A stretch of DNA of 64,000 nucleotides, taken from positions 27,772,989-27,836,988 of the forward strand of contig NC_081364.1 of NCBI RefSeq assembly GCF_030684315.1, read 5' to 3'. This document shows, in pieces, positions 26,961 through 40,357 of the stretch. The position numbers and the translations under genes are program-made. Positions within the stretch are counted from its first letter, which is position 1; each line of letters begins with the position of its first letter. This DNA is from Stegostoma tigrinum (lineage: Eukaryota). The notes beneath the pieces are model-generated. The model ran no database searches. It saw only the letters and a program-made list of their open reading frames with translations, and had not been told where the DNA came from.

Positions 26961-28090
26961 GTTGTTCCTTATACCAAAGTAGATAACTTCACAATTACGC
27001 ATCTTCTGCCACAATCTTGCCCATTTGCTAACTTTATCCAAATCCTCTTAAAGCCACTTTGCATCTTCCTCACAGCACACGTTCCCATCTATCTTTGTGT
27101 CATCTGCAAATGTGGCAATGTTATATTTTGGCCCCCCATCCAAATCACTGATATATTCTGTGTGCCCTAATTTTGCTAACTAACCTCCTGTAGGTGAACT
27201 CATTAAAAGCCTCTAAAAATCTAAGTATACTGCATTCATCAAATGTAATTTATCAATTCTCTATGTGTCACCCTCAAAATCTCCAACTGGTTTGTCAAAC
27301 ACAATTTCCTTATCACAAATCCATGTTATGCCCAATCAGATCATTATATAAGTGTCCATTTATCATATCCTTTCACAGATTCTAGCATTTTCCCTAGCAC
27401 TGAAGTAAGACTAATTGGTCTGTAAGTCGCTGTTTTCTCTCTACACCCACCTCCCATTTCTTAAACAGTGGACACATTTATTACTTCTTTCATACTTTGG
27501 GATGTAGAATACAGGGTCCTCCAATCTCACTAATACTAATTTCCTTCAATTTCACATTGTCCCGAGTCCCTAGAATTTTTAACACTGGGGGATTTCTTCT
27601 ACTTTCCTCCAGAAAGACAAGTATAATGTAATCACTTAGGTTCTCCATCATCTCCATTTCCCATGATAAATTTTGTTGACTTGTTCTCTAATTGACCAAA
27701 TTGATCTTAGCCATACGTTTCCTGTTTTTTTAATACCTTTAGAAGCTTTTACAGTCCCTGTTAATTCTGCTTGCCAGTTTATAAATATAATCTTCCAATT
27801 CTTATGACTATTTCTAGCAACTTCATAGGTTAATTCTTTTAATTATGTTTAATCCTTAACATTCTCTGACAGCAAGATGAGTGACTATTTTAGGGCTTTC
27901 ACGTCTCGAAGAAATGTACAGTTATTATAAACTATAATTATCAACTACCAATTGCCTATTGATACTCAATTTTTAAGAAGTATTTTCCCAATCCATGTCA
28001 GCCAATACTTCCATAATTTCCTTACTATAAAATTAATATCCTGATTTCAGAATGAACTATCTCATTTTCAAACATAATGTAAAATTTTAT
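26960..28090 (-). mobile_element. Old degenerate CR1 LINE fragment
   Basis: Minus-strand RT-like sequence (catctgcaaa, gtcaaacacaatttcc and agactaattggtctgtaa read on +). Boundaries approximate. Confidence 0.6.
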
Positions 28091-28091
28091 C

Positions 28092-28850
28092 ACAAAGACA
28101 AATCAGGGCAACACTTATGCACTTAATGGTAAGGTCCTAGGGAGTGTTGCTGAACAAACAGACCTTGGAAGATAGTTTTGATGAAGGGTTTCAGCCTGAA
28201 ATATTGACTTTCCTGCTCCTCTGATGCTGTCTGGCCTGTTGTTCTTTTTCAGCCTCACACCTATAGCCCTGAGAGAGACCTTAGAACACAGGTTCATAAT
28301 TCCTTGGAAGTGCAATCACAGATAGATAGGATTGTAGAGAAGGCTTTTGGTACGCTTGCCTTTATTGGTCAGTGCCGCGAGTATAAGAGTTGGGAGCTCA
28401 TGTTGTGGCTGTATAGGACACTGGTTAGGCCACTTTCGGAATACTGTGTTCAATTCTGGTTGCCCTGCTTTGGAAGGATGTTGTGAAACTTGAAAGAGTT
28501 CCAAGAAGATTTACAAGAATGTTGCCAGGGTTGGAGGGTTTGAGTTATAGGGAGAGGCTGATAGGCTTGGGCTATTTTTGCTGGAGATCGGAGGCTGAAG
28601 GGTGACCTTATAGAGATTTGTAAAGTCATGAGGGGCATGGATAGGGAGAATAGCCAAGGTCTTTTCCCTGGGATGTGGGAGTCCAAAGCTAGAGGGCATA
28701 GATTTAAGGCAAGGAGAGAAAGATTTAAAAAAGGACCTAACGAGCATCATTTTCACACAGTGGAGGGGTGCATGTATAGAATGAGCTACCAGAGGAAGTG
28801 GTGGAGGCTGGTACAATTACAGCATTTAGAAGGCATCTGGATGGGTACTT
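28092..28850 (+). mobile_element. CR1 LINE 3' ORF2 fragment with nested Penelope tail (~28170-28275)
   Basis: LYRTLVRPLSEYCVQFW and MRGMDRENSQGLFP motifs. The nested insert is flanked by agaccttgga / agaccttaga. Confidence 0.88.
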
Positions 28851-29431
28851 GAGAAAGGAAGTAATCTCATCCTCTACAGCCTTTAGAGGTCATTAGATTT
28901 ACCCCATCCATATCCATATTGAAGTTTATCCGCCACTATGAAAGGGTGGTGACCTTTAGAATTTTCTACTTCATAGTGCAATGGAAACTCAATCAATGAG
29001 CATAGTCAGTACAGAAATCAGCAGACCATTGGACACTAAGGATATCAAGTGATATGGAGATAGTGTGAGAAGTGGTATTGAGATAAATGATCAGTCATGA
29101 TCTAACTGACTGACAGAGCGGGCTCAACAGGCTGAACTGTCCTGTTCCTATGTTCCCATAAAGTAACCTCTTCTGGATGCTGTTAAAATTCTACAAATGT
29201 CTGATACTTTCTGTAAGTGTCTCAAGTTGCAAAAGTCTACAGAGTGGAGTATGTAAAGTGACAAAGATGAATGATTCCAGTATACAACCCATGAACAAAT
29301 GGACAGCTTTCCATAATGAAAGCCATGCTGCAAAAAACAATACTAAGGGAGTGCTGAAACAACGCTGATGCTGCCTGAAGTGCTCTAGAGTAATCTGTAG
29401 TACTTGGGAAAGCAGGCACTAAGAGTGGTAG

Positions 29432-29893
29432 AGGAGAGAGATAGTGGGAACTGCAGATGCTGGAGAATCCAAGATAATAAAATGTGAGGCTGGATGAACA
29501 CAGCAGGCCAAGCAGCATCTCAGGAGCACAAAAGCTGACGTTTCGGGCCTAGACCCTTCATCAGAGAGGGGGATGGGGTGAGGGTTCTGGAATAAATAGG
29601 GAGAGAAGGGGAGGCGGACCGAAGATGGAGAGAAAAGAAGCTAGGTGGAGAGGGTATAGGTGGGAAGGTAGGGAGGGGATAGGTCAGTCCAGGGAAGACG
29701 GACAGGTCAAGGAGGTGGGATGAGGTTAGTAGGTAGATGGGGGTGCGGCTTGGGGTGTGAGGAAGGGATGGGTGAGAGGAAGAACAGGTTAGGGAGGCAG
29801 AGACAGGTTGGACTGGTTTTGGGATGCAGTGGGTGGAGGGGAAGAGCTGGGCTGGTTGTGTGGTGCAGTGGGGGGAGGGGACGAACTGGGCTG
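29432..29893 (-). mobile_element. Penelope-like element 3' end (purine/pyrimidine-skewed UTR plus terminal repeat with hammerhead)
   Basis: Closely similar to 60619-61050. 9-bp TSD gagtggtag (29423-31 and 29894-902). Intact CTGATGA...GAAACGTC on the minus strand at 29534-29567. Confidence 0.88.
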
Positions 29894-32433
29894 GAGTGGT
29901 AGTCTGCTGCATTCAGCACTATTCTGCTGTCACAGGAGGATGTCAGCAAAACAAAAAACTGTTTCCAGGTGCTTGGAGTTTAACTCCTGGTAGTGACCTT
30001 GATGACCATCTACTCCCACTACCTTGTGAGGTGGTTTGCCTCCCCTCCTGTCTGTAATATAATACAGCACTAAAAACTGTGAACTCTATGATCTCCCTGG
30101 TGTGTATTTCCTTACATTTTCCCAGATCAGATTTACCTCCAGTCTGACTGCCTTCACCTCCCTTTTGATTGCAGGTTAGTTTTAAGAGGTACAAGCCATG
30201 CAAGAGGTAGCTTGTTGCTACACCTATCCAATAAACAGGGCAGACTAGAAGCATGGATTATTAAAATATGCAGGAAGCACAAATTTGCTCTGTTGCCTGC
30301 ATTGAAATCAATAGACATGGGTTAATCGAGTACCATTTGATCTTTTGTGCTGCTTCACCTCTTGCTCCTAGACAACAGTGCACTAAATGAATTCAGCAGG
30401 CTCATTACTAAGGTGCCTTCAGGCTATTAGCCTTCTACAAGATCATGGCAAGTACAACACAAAGGGGCCAGTACTTCAGACAAGTCTTAGCATCAAGACT
30501 CATAGAAGAGAACTGCTTGAGTTGAATTTAACATTTTATATAGACCCATAACACTGCACAGAATAATCATTTCAAAGTTTCCCACAATTCCTGAAGAATG
30601 GGATGTCGAACTTAATACTGTATCATAATCACTAAATATAGGAGGAAGTTTTTAGTTAACTATTGTTTAATTTCCCTTATTCATAACATATATAATCTCT
30701 AAGCAGATGATAAAGTCTTGTAAATTAGGTGTTGTCCCTATATCTCCTGCTTTCTTTGCATGGAGTATAATTCTATTCTAATATATAAATCCCGGAAAAT
30801 ATTTGACATGTTACTCTATGGTTGAAGAATCCTACGTACACCAGTGAGAGGAACAACTCTTTCTACACTCACAACTAAAATAAATAGTGCCTTGTTAATG
30901 CATTTTTGAATTTAAAGAAATTCATAGCAAAATTATCCAGACATTTTGAATGAAATTATGTTTAGATGACTAATAAACGTAATCTACTCAATTAATCAAT
31001 AAATTCTGAACTAAATTCACAATTTTGCAGAGCACTTTGAAACTTGGTTTTCCAATTATTCAAATTTTGTACAGAACAAGTTATGATTAAACATAACAGA
31101 AGTATTTGTAGCTCCATCATTAATATATACTAATCAGCACTAATCATCAATCCAATTCTAAAATGTATATATATATCCTAGCAGGACACGTATTCCTTTG
31201 AAATCTAAATCCAGTTTAGGATAATAATCAGTACCATTACTATTTTGAAGGTTAAGGTTACAGTGTCAGAAATACTTTTAGTATGAGGAAGGGTACAAAA
31301 ACATGCTTAATAATAATGTTGATCATTATGTGAGACATATGGATATAATTAAGTGACATTATTTTGTTTATGCAATTACGTGATTGAATAATTGATACCC
31401 ATTTGGAAAACTTTTAACTTTGCAAGATGACTTCAAATAAACTATATGTTACTGTGTACTTTCACTGAGATTTTACTTGGGCTGTGCAAAAGCTAAGTTT
31501 GCTTTCAATAGTCCATGATTTGCATTTGGAAATGGAAACAAAAAACAAAAATGATAAAAAATAATATAGCATCTAGATATTAAAAAGTTGAGCTTATTAA
31601 AACATAAGGGACATTTCATTTTAATGAAATCTAATTACATTTAAGTTTTCATATCCAGAGGAAACCAGAATACTTTCAGGATCTGTCTTTATAAAATGTT
31701 GATATATCACCTAAGCTTCCCAACTCTGGGTGGACATATTCCAGGAGACACTAAGGGAAATTACATCGTGTAAGCTAGTAGTGTGGTGGGAGCATGTTCC
31801 AGGTTTCAGTTGGCGTTATAAACAGATAAATGATTTTTTTTTTCTGAAGAAGGATCCAGACCCGAAACGTCAACTTTCCTGCTCCTCTAATGCTGCCTGG
31901 CCTGCTGTGTTCATCCAGCTCCACACCTTGTTATCTCAGATTACAGCATTGGCAGTTTCTACTATCTCTAAATGAATATTAATGCTCCTTCTACTATTTT
32001 CGATGCATAATAGGGAATGGGAGGCATAATTTGCTGGAAACATCAGGAATAAGAAAATCTTGAGTCAGGACATATATTATCCTGTTAAACCTTTTCATAA
32101 GTCTTAATTATGCTGTGAACTCTTTCAATATAGCCACAGTTACAAGCTTGCAATTGACACAGGCAGCAGATGCAATTTGAAATGTGTAACATTCAAATGG
32201 AACTGGGATTGGCAAGAGAGAAAACGAAGCTCAGCAGCTCAATCAGTGGCATGGCGTTGCCATCACCAGGGCTGAGAGGCTTGTATTTCGCACCAGTCAG
32301 ATGTTGAAGTTGTTGGTATTTTCAGGGCATCAGAGGCTGATGGAGGAGGCCTTGTTGAATAAACAAGCATCATCTGAGGGAGAAACACGCCACCTTGACT
32401 TTGGACATAGTTGCGAGCAGGCATTCCAGAAGA

Positions 32434-32640
32434 TAAAAACTAAAAGAAATGTAGATGCTGTAAATCAGAAGCAAAAGTAGAAGTTGCTGGGAAAGCTCTA
32501 CAAGCCTGGCAGCATCTGTGAAGAAAACATCAGAGTTAACATTTCAGGTCCAGTCAATGGATCCGAAATGTTAACTCTAATTTTTTCTTCACAGGTGGTG
32601 CCAGACCTGCTAAGCTTTTCCAGCAACTTCTGTTTTTGTT
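32434..32640. mobile_element. Penelope-derived fold-back insertion (same family as 2056-2270)
   Basis: Inverted arms agaagttgctgg...cagagttaacatttc / gaaatgttaactct...ccagcaacttct. Degenerate TSD ending cagaaga. Confidence 0.75.
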
Positions 32641-33474
32641 CATGGCTTCAGAAGAGAAACCCACCTGGTCAGCAGGAGGCCAGAGGGAACAGAGGAGCCT
32701 TACAATGTGATGAAACAGTTAGCTAAGAAATTAGATGCAGCAGACCTAAGGCAGCTTCTACAAATTACAGAGTTCTAAAGCCACACAAGGCTGTGACTAT
32801 CCAGGCTGTTGGTCTCAGTTATCTCTGCTCTGGTCCACAATAACTCTACCAATGGTCCAACAGAAGCACTGGAAAATCTTGGTGTTGACCAAGAATACCT
32901 GATACTGCCAACTGGGGCTGATTGGGATTCTCTTGCGATATGTCCTCATCAAATGGTAGGACCAAGTCAAATTCATTTGGTGCCAAAATCATTTATGGAT
33001 CAATTGTTGGTTTTACACTTCAAAATGGCATTTTGGCATTTACACCTACATTAAGTGGGTTCAGAAGCCATTAGATTACTCATGAGTCAGCTACCCAACG
33101 TTATAGTAAAAATCAAGCCCATTGTACCAATGTACATACTGTAACTGTTGAAAACAATATTCAGGTGTTAACATTTCAACAACATTTGCCAAGTAGTTTA
33201 GCACTGAAATCCAAGGTTCCGCTGTTCCTAATTAAGTCAATCAGCAGTTCTAAATGAATAACTGCTAAACAAAGAATTTCATTAAACAAATTTATGAACA
33301 CTGAAAAGACCAAATTGTAGTAGGGATATTTTACATTCTCTTTATGTCAAAGTTGGTTAATCTCAGTCAAAGATGCAAGAGAACTTTGAACAACAGCTAT
33401 TAGTCAGCAATTGCTCTATGCTTTACTTCTTCATTATATCAGTTATGTCACTGCTATTTATCAAATTCACTTAC

Positions 33475-33749
33475 CATATTCAGAATCTTTGAAACATGCT
33501 CCTAGGCTGTCCTGGTCTTCATAATCATTAATGTCAATAGTGGTCTGTGTAGTGCTTTTGACTAATCGTTTCCCTGTGTGCTTATTAATGTTGCTACCAG
33601 TTTTCTTTGATCCCTGAACTATGGATGAGCTATTTTTAACTTGGTTGCTGGTCCATGAAGTTTGTAAGCAGGAGTCGGAGGACTGGAGATTAGCCATGGA
33701 CAACATGCCCTGGATGGCTTCTTGAGTGCTGGGTGAGGCTGGTGGTTGG
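33475..33749 (-). CDS. PHF2: PHF2 coding exon (~exon 18): [30 protein letters not shown]...[13 protein letters not shown]
   Basis: 275 nt, tag acceptor and gtaagt donor. [20 protein letters not shown] is identical to recalled PHF2. Confidence 0.96.
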
Positions 33750-35389
33750 CTAAAATAAAAGCAAAAGAGTTACATGATTCTGTAAGAGAAGTCAGCTGAA
33801 GAAAAACTAACAAACATACATACCATATTTACAGCTTTGTTTCTGTTATCACTGTCTGCTAGGAATTTGCACAAAATAGTGGAAAATTATACATTTGTGT
33901 ATTAATCCCAAGAGGACCGATAAACTACAACACTCAACTTCAAACCAAACCAAATTATAACCTTATTCCAATAGGGCACTATGAAAAATCTTTTCTTTAC
34001 AACAATTTTATGTTTTTATGTACAAATATTTTATTTTGTTCTTTAGTGTCTTTGCTCACCCTGGTCAACAATATAAAAGCTGAGAACAGCTGGATTGAGT
34101 TTGCCCTTGATTTTCAAAGCATCTCTGTGGGATGGCCCTTTGTTCTGTTTACTATCTCACTGCTGTTTAAAAATGCATCTAAATCTGGGGGCTTCCATTT
34201 CCTGGAGCTCTCAATTTAACTTTATTATGTTTATCTGTTTGCATTTACACATATTATGGGAACAGTCCACTATATTGTAAATTAAGGTTCATATACCACA
34301 CTTGGAAGCAACAAAAATTTAAAATCTAAAAATTCCATATTTTGAAATTTTCTGTACACATGACCAAACCAATTTTCAATCGCGTTTAAACATATAACAG
34401 CATATCTAGCACAAGTTCACATATCTTTGAATCTATTTTCAAGATCTCTTTTGCAAGCCTCAAACGATGCTATAGGACTATCAAAATTTAAATCCTAAGT
34501 AATTTAAAATTAGGGGAATGAAGTGCACAGGCAAAGAGAAAAGTAAAAAGATAGGTTACATGAGTAGAAGAGAGATAAAAATCATAAACCAATCAGGCAG
34601 ATATAAGGATCAAGAACACTACTTAAAAAGTAAATGGAAGCTGATTTAATAAATAATTTTAATTTGAGTTATTTTCAGGGTTACAATTAGAAAATGGGAG
34701 CATTGGACTAAGCATGGCTGCTCATTCAAAGACTCACACAGACACATTGCCATGTGGACTCCTTATCTTTGCAAGTTTCTATTATACTATGAATACCTGC
34801 AGTAACTTAGTCCAACAGTAAGAAAATAAATCTAAATTTTTAAACAAAGCCCCTATGTGCATTTCATATCAAAGCACCGACAATTTACAAAACACAGTGG
34901 AGCTAAAATTGTGGAAATTCCCTGTCTTTGATTGTCAAAACTGAATTGAAACTTACAAATGTAAAATTTAAAAAATGAGGAACTGAATACTTAAGAAATG
35001 AACCAAACATCCCCACATCACTCCTCGCAATCTTACATCCACTAACGTTTTCCACTTTTACAGTAATATGTGCTTTACCATCTGAATTATTTTCTATTTA
35101 ACTGTAATTACCACATCTAGCTCCATGAGGATATCATTTTTACCTGAAATCAGTGATATCACAGTTGGTGACTTTTGCTGCTTTAACAACCTTGCTGCAA
35201 AAAACATATGAAAAGATGTTATCAGATCAAATATTTAGATTAAACAAATAAAAAGTATTAATATAATAAAGGTAAACAACAATGAAGCCCTTAACAATCA
35301 GATCAGCACTTTTTTAAAAAAGACATTAAAATTTACTGGTCAAATGTAACATCATTTCTAAGTTCCATCTTTGAAGCTATGACTCATAC

Positions 35390-35559
35390 CTGTTTCCACT
35401 GTATTCGAGACCGCCAACCTGTTTGCTGGCCTGTAACAGATCCAGTATCCCAGCAGAACTACTGGTTTCACTCTTTCTGTCAGTGCTAGGATCTGGCTTT
35501 GCCTCAGTATCAATATGAAGTGAATCTTCATCAGATGAATTATCATCCTGCATGTGAAC
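35390..35559 (-). CDS. PHF2: PHF2 coding exon (~exon 17): [22 protein letters not shown]...[22 protein letters not shown](S)
   Basis: 170 nt, tag acceptor and gtatga donor. SSDE.SLHIDT and [10 protein letters not shown] motifs. Confidence 0.93.
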
Positions 35560-36081
35560 CTAAAAATAAAAATGAATTGCAAGTGATTGATGCACAACAG
35601 GGTATCAAACAAGAAATTAAAAGCTGATTTGTTTTAATCATCCAAAATAATTATTACTTCATCTTTTGGTGCAAGCACTTTCAATTTTAATTCTGCAACA
35701 GCTTTGCAAGTTTCCCACGTTAGACAGTAGTGTCCCAGATCACCTCATTCCCATTGCAATTTAACACTGCTATGGCTGAAACACTATAGCTGGGAGAATT
35801 GTCTGTAATATTGGGGGCTGGCACATCCTTCCAATGCAATCAGGACATTTTGTAACATATATTGTTGCAAATACAGACTACAGCAGTTTAAGAAAATGAC
35901 TCACCATCACCTTCTCATGAATAGTTAGGAAGGCCAAAGTGATACCCACATTCCATGAATGAGTAAATATTTTTAAAATTCTGTTCAGCTAACAGTAACA
36001 GCAAAGCCACGGTTGGTATTATGAGCCCAAGCACTTATAAAATTAATTCCACAAGTAATTGTTAAATATATGCTGACGTAC

Positions 36082-36155
36082 CTGATTAGAACTGTGCTGA
36101 AGCACAGGTTCCCTCATTTCAGTGTGTCCCACACCCTCTTTGGTCTTTGTTAAAA
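36082..36155 (-). CDS. PHF2: PHF2 small coding exon (~exon 16): (F)LTKTKEGVGHTEMREPVLQHSSNQ
   Basis: 74 nt, polypyrimidine plus tag acceptor and gtacgt donor. Supplies the phase 1 to 0 bridge needed between the flanking exons. Sequence is poorly conserved. Confidence 0.8.
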
Positions 36156-36278
36156 CTAAGAAACAAAATAGATAGTTAATGGACAAAATAAATGATTATT
36201 AACAGATAAATACTGGGAGATCAAAAACCTTCATCTTCTGTGCCAACAACTTGCATCCCAACCACCAATTTCAATCTT

Positions 36279-36602
36279 CATAGAATCACAGAATCCCTAC
36301 AGTGTGGAAACAGGCCCTTCAGCCCCAATAAGTCCACACCAAACCTCAGAGCATCTCACCCAGGCCCATACCCCTATAACCCACCTAATCTACATGTTCC
36401 TGAAACAATACAGGCAATTTAGCATGGTCAATCCAGTTAACCTGCACATCTTTGGACTGTGGGAGGAAACCGGAGCACCTGGAGGAAACCCACGCAGATA
36501 TGGGGAGAATGTGCAAACTCCATACTGACAGTCACCCAAGACTGGAATTGAACCCAGGTCCCTGGCATTGTGAAGCAGCAATGCTAACCACTGTGCCACC
36601 CC
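36279..36602 (-). mobile_element. HE1/V-SINE (tRNA-derived shark SINE)
   Basis: tRNA head with A box (tggcacagtgg) and B box (ggttcaattcc). V-domain ggagtttgcacattctcccc...ggtttcctcccacagtccaaaga, then a CR1-like attct tail. Confidence 0.92.
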
Positions 36603-37500
36603 TTCTCCAAAGTCACTCCCAGGCTGAAGCAGATAGCTTGCAACCTTTGTCCTATAAGACCGCAATCCTCAGCTTCAGGCACCATAACCTTTTCTAATCT
36701 ATTCAGTTTAATGAAGATCCAGACCCTAGTCCACCTTTTTTAATGCGTTTACTCAAATGCTATCAAATTGTTCAGAGGGGTACGGTCTCACAAAAGACAC
36801 CATAATCTTGCTCCCCACAATCAGTTCAGTCACTCTCCCTTTGGATGTGCTTGTCAAACAAGTACTCTGCCATGTCATTCTCAGAGAGTCCCAGTTTCTT
36901 TAGGTTGGTGACACAATATCCAAACTTCATGATCATCCTCACTTGTCAGAATTCCACTCATCTATCCATGCTCCAGCTTAACTACTAATTAAACCCTCAC
37001 TCATGCCTTTGTCATCTCCAGGCTTGACTGTTCCAGCTCCCTATTCCTCAAACGTCTGTGAACTTCATTTCATCCGAAATCCTGCTGTCTGTATTCCATT
37101 CCACATTAGGTTCTGCTCACTCCTGTCCTTGCTGAACTAACCTAGATGGCAACAGCACAAATTTAAAATTCTCATCTTTTAATCAATTCATGTGCTCAGT
37201 CTGCCCAAAACACTGCCTCTTTCACTCTCAATTCCCCAACCCAACTTTCTAGTGTGACAGCCCTGTTGTCCATCCGACCCATACCCCAAACCTCACAGTC
37301 TCAAGATGGCGATCAGTTGTTCAATACTGCCAGTCCGTCCAGATTGTTTTACAAAGTCCTTTTCATCTGGTTTGAGATGGTAAAATGCTGTTTGTTCAAA
37401 ACTTTTCAAAAAGTCATAAAGAGAAGAAATTATATTCCTTTTAATTCTGGACATTAAAAATAACAGCAAACTATTATTATACTGACTTACATTATATGGG

Positions 37501-37965
37501 TTTAGACCATAAGATCATAAGACATAGGAGTGGAAGTAAGGCCATTCAGCCCATCGAGTCCACTCCGCCATTTAAATCATGGCTGATGGGTATTTCAACT
37601 CCATTTCCCTGCACTCTCCCCGTAGCCCTTGATTCCTTGTGAGATCAAGAATTTAATCGATAGATGCCTTGAAGGCATCTAATGTCCCGGCCTCCACTGC
37701 ACTCCGTGGCAATGAGTTCCACAAGCTCACCACTCTCTGGCTGAAGAAATGTCTCATTTCCATTTTAAATTTACCACCTCTAATTCCAAGGCTGTGCCCA
37801 CGGGTCCTAGTATCCCCGCCTAACGGAAACAACTTCCCAGCGTCCACTCTTTCTAAGCCATACATTATCTTGTAAGTTTCTATTAGATCTCCCCTCAACC
37901 TTCTAAACTCTAATGAATACAATCCCATACAACAGCCTTTCATCGGATGTTAAAGCTACCATTCC
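37501..37965 (-). mobile_element. CR1 LINE 3' end
   Basis: ORF 37653..37943 GLYSLEFRRLRGDLIETYKI...FFSQRVVSLWNSLP, with a short tandem cataaga tail. Confidence 0.92.
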
Positions 37966-38235
37966 AGGGATTCCGGGGTTTCCTTAATTCTTCCACTGGA
38001 ACTGGGCACTGCATGCTAGTCAAGCATTACCTATCCCGAGTTATCCCTGAGAAAGTGGTGGTGAGTCGTCTTCTTGAACGACTGCCATAGTAGGTTTGTA
38101 GATCCATTGTATTTTAGGGAGGAAAATACCAGGATTTTGATCCAATGGTAACAACAAAATACCGATATTGTTCCAAGTCATGATAGGTGAACTTGCAGGT
38201 GTGTGCAAACATAAAATTCTAAAAATACTACTTAC

Positions 38236-38426
38236 ATGTTAAATTTCTTTTAGAAGTAGTTTTCTTTCTTCTTATTGGAAATTCATCAATCTGTAATTCA
38301 CCATCATCTGAAACATACTCGTATTCATCTTTTACTGGTTTTGGCTTGTCTTCTTTAATATTTTGCAAACAGCCGAACACATGATCAGACTTTACGGATT
38401 TTGTTTGAGTCTTCACTCCTTTACAA
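38236..38426 (-). CDS. PHF2: PHF2 coding exon (~exon 15): CKGVKTQTK...[40 protein letters not shown]
   Basis: 191 nt, cag acceptor and gtaagt donor. Near-identical to PHF2 [32 protein letters not shown]. Confidence 0.95.
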
Positions 38427-38814
38427 CTGTTAAATTATAATATTTAGACATCAAAATAAAAATATCTTCCAAGTGGTCAGGAACAACTGTACAAATGTTT
38501 ATCTTTCTCTTATGGTGCAAACACAAATAATGCCTCTCCAGAAATTAATTAGTAATTAATACAAACCAATCATTAAGCTCATCAGACTGAATGTTCAAAT
38601 CAATTTACTTTTCAAACAATTTTGACATCAGAACTTGATTTAAATAATTGCAGCAGTCATTGAAAGGATCCTCAACTAATCTGCAGAAACAATGAATTCA
38701 TTACCAACATTCCGTTACCAACGGCAAATGATCAAGATGGGGACTAAAATGTTTGAAAGGTAAAATCAAGCCAAACTGTGTTAAATTGCAATTTTTATGA
38801 AAATTGGTTACATG

Positions 38815-39440
38815 TCAACAAGTATTACAACAATTTATATAGCACTTTTTAATGTAACAAAATATTCCAAGATACTCCCAAGTGTATTATAAAGCATAAA
38901 ACCAAGCCTCATAAGGGGATACTGGGCCAGATGCCAAACAGCTTGGAAATGAAGTAGGTTTTAAGAAGTGCCTTAAAGGAGGAATGTTAGACACAGAGGT
39001 ATAGGGATAAAATTTCAGAGCTTTGAGGCTACAGACAATTGAATGCATGGTCACCACTGGTGATTTTATTTGAGAATGGACAACAGACCAGAATTACATG
39101 AGTGCAGATATCTTGGAGTTGAAGGACATTACCAAGATAGGGATAAGCAAGGCCATAGAGGGATTTAAAAACAAAGGTACAAGTTTTAAAATCAAGAGAC
39201 TGCTTGATTAGAACCTAATGAAGGTCAGAAAGTGTAGGTGCTAGGGGATGGGACTTGCTGCAATATAAGACATAACAGCAGAGGTTTGAATGACCTCAAT
39301 CTGGGGGTAGGAAATCAGGAAACCAGCCAGAAGATGAAACTGAAATTGTTGTGTCAAGGTAACAAAGGCACAGATGATGTCCTGCCTTGGAGATGGGGAA
39401 AATTCAGGCAAATATTTAAAATCAGGTTCCCACAGCAAAT
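38815..39440 (-). mobile_element. Old L2-type LINE fragment
   Basis: caacaatttatatagcac...aatgtaacaaaa is a typical reversed L2 3' end, followed by purine-rich degenerate sequence. Confidence 0.5.
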
Positions 39441-40106
39441 TTAGGAGTTTGGTTTAAATATAACAGTTGGCTTGCAAGTTTCCCAGGCAATAAAAGAGCA
39501 ACAGAAGTTGGTGCTTTTCACAGAACTCTGAGTCAACCAGGTCAAGTCCATGAAGAAAGCCTTCTGATACCCACAGCGCCGATTGTGGCTCCTCTCTTCC
39601 CATCTCCATCCATGAAATCGCCAATCTTTCAAGTTCCAAACTCCCACATTAACCGGTTCCCCTCTGTCTTGTGATCACCAACCCATTGAGATGAGATCAT
39701 TGTTTTCTGATTTCCAGTGATCACTGACTTCCCGAATGCTACATTCGAGTGCCTTGTCACAATAACCAATTGGATCCTTGCTTGCTCCACATTTCTTGAG
39801 TTCTGGGGACAATGTGCGTGGTCCACAGCTGTAGCCCCTTACCACTGTGCCACCGTTCTTCCCACTTGCTTGACAGAGGATTAACAATTTGGACTGCTGT
39901 AAGTGGGAAGTGATACACAGAAGACTGAATGAAGTCCTGCCTAAAGTCCCAGATTTGGCAGGAACTTCACATCCATGTCAATAAGAAAGGTCCTTGTTTC
40001 TCTTTTCACAGATGCCGTTGGACATGCTGAATATTTCTAGCATTTTCTGTCTTTACCTTCATGTCCCCTGCTGGATGGTCCCAACAGGCATCCATAAATA
40101 TTAGCA

Positions 40107-40250
40107 GAGATAATGGGAACTGCAGATGCTGGAGAAGAACCCTCTCCCCATCCCCCTCTCTGATGAAGGGTCTAGGCCCAAAACGTCAGCTTTTGTGCTC
40201 CTGAGATGCTGCTTGGCTTGCTGTGTTCATCCAGCTTCACACTTTATTAT
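40107..40250. mobile_element. Short Penelope terminal insertion with internal inversion
   Basis: Perfect 14-bp TSD cataaatattagca (40093-40106 and 40251-40264). Contains CTGATGAagggtctaggcccAAAAcgtc. Confidence 0.85.
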
Positions 40251-40357
40251 CATAAATATTAGCACCAGTATTTCAATAATCGAATGATCAATGTGATTCA
40301 AATCATCATTACAATGGGGAAAACGCAAATAATTGATGTAGATGTAAATAATAGAAG

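Noticed and set aside
29520-29949. Pro/Ser-rich ORFs here and at 54386-55448 and 60703-61146
   Set aside because: Artefacts of the stop-poor, pyrimidine-rich Penelope UTR.
36520-36602. tRNA gene
   Set aside because: The tRNA-like A/B boxes continue directly into the V-domain and LINE tail, so it is a SINE head.
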